Source of the DNA: Haliotis cracherodii
Taxonomy: Eukaryota
Length of the DNA: 64,000 bases
NCBI RefSeq assembly: GCF_022045235.1
Contig: NW_027266266.1
Location: forward strand, 20,584,001 to 20,648,000
Direction of reading: 5' to 3'
The position numbers and the translations under genes are program-made. The first letter of the stretch is position 1, and every line of letters starts with the position of its first letter. Shown here piece by piece: positions 61,501 through 64,000 of the stretch. Under the pieces are notes generated by a model, which did no database searches, had not been told where the DNA came from, and saw only the letters and a list, made by a program, of their open reading frames with translations.

Positions 61501-62700
61501 AAATTGGATGTCCTCAGATCATTGTTTAGCATTAGGAGAACTAGGATCTGATTGTGACGAGATTGGAGTCAGCTACATCACAGCAGACAGTGAATACTAT
61601 AACCAATCAACGTACAGCTTGAACAGCGCCATCAGGTCACCATGACCCACGATCTGCAATGGCAGACATTGTTACCACCCGATTCTCATTTAATGCTCTG
61701 GAGCATTGAGAACTGGAACAAAACACTGTTGCCAATAATATAATATCTTTTTACATAATAAAACAATTGAGATATATTGTTTCCTTGTCCCGGATATGTT
61801 CTGAATGCATAACACTGGAGACGTTTTCTAAATCTTCGGGAACATTGTGTTAGATTATAATAATTAGGATTTGATCTTAACATTATTCTATTATTCTATA
61901 AGGCAACTCAAAGTCAGATGACAAAGTCAATGAATTCCTTTTTGAAGCATTTCGTTATTGTCAACTAAAAAAATAACTATTCAGGCTTTTGTGTCCAATT
62001 ATGTTAGTTGTAAATAGTCGAATGCATGTATCGATATACTAAAGTAAACTTCTAAAGTTGTTTTTTTCCATAAATACTGCTCCTGGAGCTTTTTTCAAAT
62101 CCTATTGATTATCAGAAAAATATGTTCGAATTAAAATCTGGTGTTTCAGGGTGGAGCTTATGTCGTCACTCTGTTTGACAAGTTTGCAGCCGGTTATTCT
62201 ATTCTGTTTGCCGTATTCTTCGAAACTCTTGCAGTCTCGTGGGCTTACGGTATGTATATCAGTCCAGTGCACTCTAAATATATCGACACCTTCATAGATT
62301 CTGGAAATTGGTCTCTTAATAGGCCGACACCTGATTAAGTCCTGTCTGAACTGAACTCTTAAAATACAGACACCTGTTTTGGTTCTGTCTAGACTGGACT
62401 CTTAATAATCAGACACCTGAGTAAGTTCTCTCTAAACTGACATAGCATTTTGGTCCTGGCAAAAATGTGGAATATCCTCAGAAAGTGTAACTGTTAGGTA
62501 AGAAATTGTTGTCTAAACCAACATTGTTTGTCTGGTTTCAGTGGTCGGTTTAGACAAAATGTATCCATTTAACATAAACCCAATGTGTTGTGTGTGCAGG
62601 AGTGGACCGTTTCTCCGAGGACATCTGCGTGATGGTGGGCCACAGGCCGGGACCCTACTGGTGGATCGTCTGGAAATACATCGCACCCGTGTTTCTAGTG
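11196..62700 (+). CDS. DAT: SLC6 sodium-dependent dopamine transporter, invertebrate DAT type; 12 coding exons visible, 3'-incomplete
   Basis: Spliced exons (64+207+135+331+139+135+104+125+113+129+100+101 = 1683 nt, 561 codons) stay in frame, with GT-AG introns. Motifs: [92 protein letters not shown]. The first exon is less certain than the others. Confidence 0.93.
11298..13176. repeat. G/T-rich 20-bp minisatellite (gtggtgtgtagggtgtcaga), ~1.9 kb
   Basis: Directly visible 20-bp period with variant blocks. Confidence 0.97.
13177..13622. repeat. 56-bp tandem repeat built from two related 28-mers
   Basis: gggcactgtccatattgtatatccatta + gggtactgtccatacattttatccttga; unit starts at 13400 and 13456. 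Confidence 0.95.
16255..16532 (-). mobile_element. tRNA-Leu-like SINE (family 3); other copies 19440-19648(-), 42680-42838(+), 48080-48590(-, interrupted), 18148-18240(-), 55750-55935(+)
   Basis: Reverse complement: ggtggcccagtcgtctaaggcg (A box)...ggttcgaatccc (B box), body gtgggtttcaccgaag...cctccc, tail ccgtgatataactg...aaagcggcgttaaacccaactcactc. Confidence 0.82.
17444..17613 (+). mobile_element. tRNA-Asp-derived SINE (family 1), full length with 12-bp TSD; ~15 copies or fragments in the window (e.g. 10332-10571-, 34505-34669-, 40613-40775+, 41265-41432+, 49195-49270-, 49335-49684+, 53843-54015+, 55352-55485+, 55495-55657-)
   Basis: A box tagcctagtggttaa, B box ggttcgattccc, tRNA-Asp-like cgctcgtcacgccgaagacccgg, (ACTC)n tail, TSD ctctggcgttga at 17432-17443 and 17614-17625. 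Confidence 0.92.
21407..21530. repeat. 35-bp tandem repeat x3.5 (acataagtgatatacagacgtttgtattgtaattc)
   Basis: Directly visible. Confidence 0.9.
23056..23965. repeat. 34-bp minisatellite, ~27 copies (ttagtgatatacatcagtttcaactttaaatcct)
   Basis: Directly visible. Confidence 0.97.
24379..24545. mobile_element. Left end of a pogo/Tc1-like MITE
   Basis: TA|CAGTAAAC start followed by repeated ttataacgaac subterminal motifs; no matching right end found. Confidence 0.4.
24962..28945. repeat. 36-bp (with 33-bp variants) satellite, ~4 kb, with higher-order duplications
   Basis: Unit cccagtaagctataaacaacagtttcaattgtaaat; identical or near-identical spurious ORFs recur at offsets of 1703 and 747 bp. 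Confidence 0.97.
29667..29838. repeat. Long inverted repeat: 70-bp arms, 32-nt loop
   Basis: 29667-29736 is the reverse complement of 29769-29838, with 2 differences. Confidence 0.92.
29836..30375 (+). repeat. 49-50-bp minisatellite, ~11 copies, derived from the head of a family-2 element
   Basis: Unit ccgtggggattccgggttagaactgaccccaagcaacctatgctggtccc; matches the single-copy head at 55974-56005; the element body follows at 30420-30620. Confidence 0.92.
31340..33886. repeat. Highly homogeneous 32-bp minisatellite (~78 copies) with periodic 42-bp variants
   Basis: Unit agacaggaatattgtagcgtacacgaggcaaa; source of the 836-890 aa ORFs in all three minus frames. Confidence 0.98.
35209..35415 (+). 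CDS. DAT: DAT coding exon 2 (N-terminus and TM1)
   Basis: ttctttttctacacacag| acceptor; encodes [68 protein letters not shown]; donor G|GTAAGG. Confidence 0.95.
35826..35960 (+). CDS. DAT: DAT coding exon 3 (TM2)
   Basis: ttcag| ... [44 protein letters not shown] ... |gtaata; phase 1-1. Confidence 0.96.
40255..40585 (+). CDS. DAT: DAT coding exon 4 (TM3 and extracellular loop 2)
   Basis: ttcag| [22 protein letters not shown]...[15 protein letters not shown]...SPAHEYF |gtaagt; phase 1-2. Confidence 0.96.
42224..42353. other. Assembly gap; others at 46652-46788, 47689-47907, 60027-60197
   Basis: Runs of N; all intronic, and exon phases on either side are compatible, so no coding exon needs to be hidden in them. 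Confidence 0.99.
43670..44043 (-). mobile_element. Near full-length tRNA-derived Meta/MESC-like SINE with internal (CA)n, nested in a Tc1-like MITE
   Basis: Reverse complement: ccgtggtctagtggcagagcg (A box), gggctcgatgccc (B-box variant), gtcataccaaaagac...atggtacttg...ccctgcctggcgctcggcattaaggg; domain name from memory of mollusc SINEs. Confidence 0.72.
44815..45260. repeat. 152-bp tandem repeat x3 (third copy diverged)
   Basis: ttattatgac at 44819 and 44971, ttattgtgat at 45123. Confidence 0.9.
46800..47285 (-). mobile_element. Degenerate Penelope-like retroelement fragment (RT C-terminal/thumb region plus 3' UTR), frameshifted
   Basis: Two overlapping ORFs give [12 protein letters not shown] / [28 protein letters not shown]...AFKMFHGR, resembling the [10 protein letters not shown]....YGVYISQL.RY motif I recall from invertebrate PLE reverse transcriptases; clade (Naiad-like?) unverified. 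Confidence 0.72.
50522..50660 (+). CDS. DAT: DAT coding exon 5 (TM4)
   Basis: ttacag| [46 protein letters not shown] |gtaact; phase 2-0. Confidence 0.96.
51109..51243 (+). CDS. DAT: DAT coding exon 6 (TM5)
   Basis: ttccag| [45 protein letters not shown] |gtgagt. Confidence 0.96.
51478..51934. mobile_element. MITE with long imperfect TIRs, superfamily unassigned
   Basis: ttcctctcttgccgaactaggctgaaat versus reverse complement ttccacccttgccgaactaggctggaat; outer catcttcccgaggca / catcttcctgagaca. Confidence 0.7.
52070..52177. mobile_element. ~105-bp MITE, 27-bp TIRs including TTA/TAA ends (Harbinger-like)
   Basis: ttagaggcggtccatttgaaatccggg versus reverse complement ttagggactgaccatttgatattcggg (21/27 identical). 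Confidence 0.6.
52197..52300 (+). CDS. DAT: DAT coding exon 7 (TM6)
   Basis: taccag| [34 protein letters not shown] |gtgaga; phase 0-2; translated by hand, this frame is not in the ORF track. Confidence 0.96.
54231..54420 (+). mobile_element. PLE 3'-UTR fragment, tail type A; other copies near 821-950(-), 7300-7420(+), 7595-7650(-), 13720-13835(-), 17635-17720(-), 17855-17945(-), 21205-21380(+), 23975-24110(+)
   Basis: Shared core ggtgccaccggtggggcagg..acg.t.a....ttcgcgaacacctg plus gatagtgattcataaacacatgct...ggaa.gg.tttgtcgcttt. Confidence 0.7.
56631..56755 (+). CDS. DAT: DAT coding exon 8 (TM7)
   Basis: ttttacag| [41 protein letters not shown] |gtaaga; phase 2-1. Confidence 0.96.
57387..57499 (+). 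CDS. DAT: DAT coding exon 9 (EL4 and TM8)
   Basis: tttcag| [37 protein letters not shown] |gtgagt; phase 1-0. Confidence 0.96.
57640..57907 (+). mobile_element. SINE-like retroposon with a non-tRNA structured head (family 2), full length with TSD; other copies near 18333-18690, 22510-22732, 30420-30620, 30700-30930(-), 36725-36845(-), 39848-40040(-), 54550-54790, 55973-56180, 56905-57180, 59855-60012, 60822-61045
   Basis: TSD ccaacttcacag/ccaactccacag (57628-57639, 57908-57919); (CAAA/CAAC)n tail; 3' end ccgccgtcatatagctggaatattgctgagtgcggcgttaaac is shared with family 1. Confidence 0.85.
57971..58183. mobile_element. Tc1/mariner-like MITE with TA TSD; relatives at 34683-34760, 35500-35663, 40060-40145, 41057-41254, 43471-44060
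   Basis: ta|aactgccgggcaaaagaaagtatacac ... tgtatactttgttttgcccagcggtt|ta; shared internal ttattcgatggtgatgtatt...gtgttttggaccttaag. Confidence 0.78.
60484..60612 (+). CDS. DAT: DAT coding exon 10 (TM8 end and TM9)
   Basis: ttctgcag| [43 protein letters not shown] |gtgacc; not in the ORF track. Confidence 0.95.
61097..61565 (+). mobile_element. Non-autonomous AcademH-like DNA transposon with a helicase motif I remnant
   Basis: ~55-bp imperfect TIRs; internal [27 protein letters not shown] (motif at 61464-61493); degenerate 9-bp flanks aagtcggca/gagtcagct. Confidence 0.65.
62150..62249 (+). CDS. DAT: DAT coding exon 11 (TM10)
   Basis: tttcag| [33 protein letters not shown] |gtatgt; phase 0-1. 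Confidence 0.96.
62600..62700 (+). CDS. DAT: DAT coding exon 12 (TM11)
   Basis: tgcag| [33 protein letters not shown] |gtatgg; phase 1-0. Confidence 0.95.
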
Positions 62701-62945
62701 GTATGGTCATTAGTTATACAGCTTTATGGAGTAAATACAAGTAACGAGGAATCACCCATTATATGTCCCGATTTTATTAATTATTATATAACTGAGCCTT
62801 GACGAGAAACTTTCAATATTCATTCACGAGGAAAAATATTCAGTTATTCCGAATCGCGAGAAGGTTATCTTTTATATTGCCAATGGTCTGCTTCTTAAGA
62901 TAATGAAGAAAAATGTTTGTTACCTGATCTCAAGTGGGGGCATTA

Positions 62946-63462
62946 AGGCCCTGTTACACTATCAAAAACTTTGATAAAAAACTTGGTTTTTCTTGGTCCA
63001 AGTTGGACTGTTTACACTCATCAAAGTTTTGGTTGAAATTATCTTGCCACAGTGGATGCTACTGACGAAGAATGTTTGGCTGTTGTCACATGTATTTTGT
63101 GTATTGCCATGTTGAGAAGGCGGCATCGGGGTAGGCAAAGGCCTATTTGGTCCCGAGAATGGCTGCTCGTTGTTGAAACAAATCAGTTAATTCTTCCAAC
63201 ATCTCGTCAGTCAAAAATAGTTGACTCATGCACTTCCGGTTGAAACAGGGTAAATGTTCCTTGCAGTCTGATTGGCTAAATTAAATCAACGTCATCAAAC
63301 TTTGATCAAGTTTGACGAGAAATAGGATCGGTTTCTATTCCATCAAAGTCCCGTCAAAATCTTTGTCAAAGTTTTTGACGGCATGTTACACTATCAAAAA
63401 CTTGGTCAAAATGGACTTTGACCAACTTTTTGATCAAAGGTTTTGATAATGTAACGGGGGCT
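62946..63462 (+). mobile_element. PIF/Harbinger internal-deletion derivative
   Basis: TTA TSD (62943-62945, 63463-63465); ~35-bp TIRs aggccctgttacactatcaaaa / agcccccgttacattatcaaaa; internal remnant LRRRHRGRQRPIWSREWLL resembling a Harbinger transposase N-terminus. Confidence 0.8.
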
Positions 63463-64000
63463 TTAGTTGGCCTACTGTTGGAACACAAAGTTGTGTAACG
63501 TTATGAACAATGCATGACGTCATTTGGCGTTCATTTGACGTCGCTGTGGGCATCTTGGCAAACGATGAAAACAATAGAACAATCGGAACGAAGTAGCCAA
63601 TCAGCATAGAGCAACCAAAAATACTCTCGTTATCTACTCGCTAATTACTTGTTGCTTGTTGGTTATTCTATGATTACTCGTAGATAATTATTTTATTAAT
63701 CCAATCATCCACACCTGCAATCATCTTCAAGGGTATATATTGCTATGGGTTTCATAAGGGTGGATGGTGAAGGGACATATACGATTTTGCCGCGAAAGAA
63801 ACCTCTTATTTCGACATCTTATTTCGATATCCTAAATCAATAGACTTACCGAATAACATAGATATTATTTACCACATACAATCGAGAAAAAGTAGGGAAT
63901 TTTTAACCTATTTTAACCATTTCTTCCATACACATATATGATAAATATTAGTATTTATAATGTAAATGTTAATCTGGAATTTTTTTCTCTTTTTTTTCAC

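Noticed and set aside
62701-64000. Remaining DAT exons (TM12 and C-terminus)
   Set aside because: No segment with suitable splice sites and SLC6 TM12-like translation; presumed downstream of the window

Overview
Eukaryotic (animal) genomic DNA, most likely a mollusc, possibly a gastropod such as abalone. That taxon is an inference from the SINE repertoire and is unverified. One protein-coding gene is visible on the + strand: an SLC6 sodium:neurotransmitter symporter with the signature residues of the invertebrate dopamine transporter (iDAT). Eleven exons between 35209 and 62700 are supported by conserved protein motifs, GT-AG boundaries and consistent phases. A twelfth, upstream start-codon exon (11180-11259), absent from the ORF track, joins them in frame across a ~24 kb intron, giving 561 codons from ATG 11196. 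The last TM12/C-terminal exons lie beyond the window. The rest is intronic or upstream sequence rich in repeats: about ten mini/microsatellite arrays (the source of all long ORFs in the track), four SINE-like families, 3' fragments of a Penelope-like retroelement, and non-autonomous DNA transposons (Harbinger, Tc1/mariner-like, AcademH-like). There are four assembly gaps. Most notable observations: (1) a recursive-splice-like AG|GTAAG junction that could remove the TM1 exon in frame; (2) a hidden start exon with a minimal uORF, ~1 kb downstream of a 6x CRE tandem array; (3) two recurrent structured-RNA motifs carried by retroelements; (4) satellites traceable to local seed sequences; (5) a SINE-carrying TIR element. 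No CRISPR, rRNA or bona fide tRNA gene was found.
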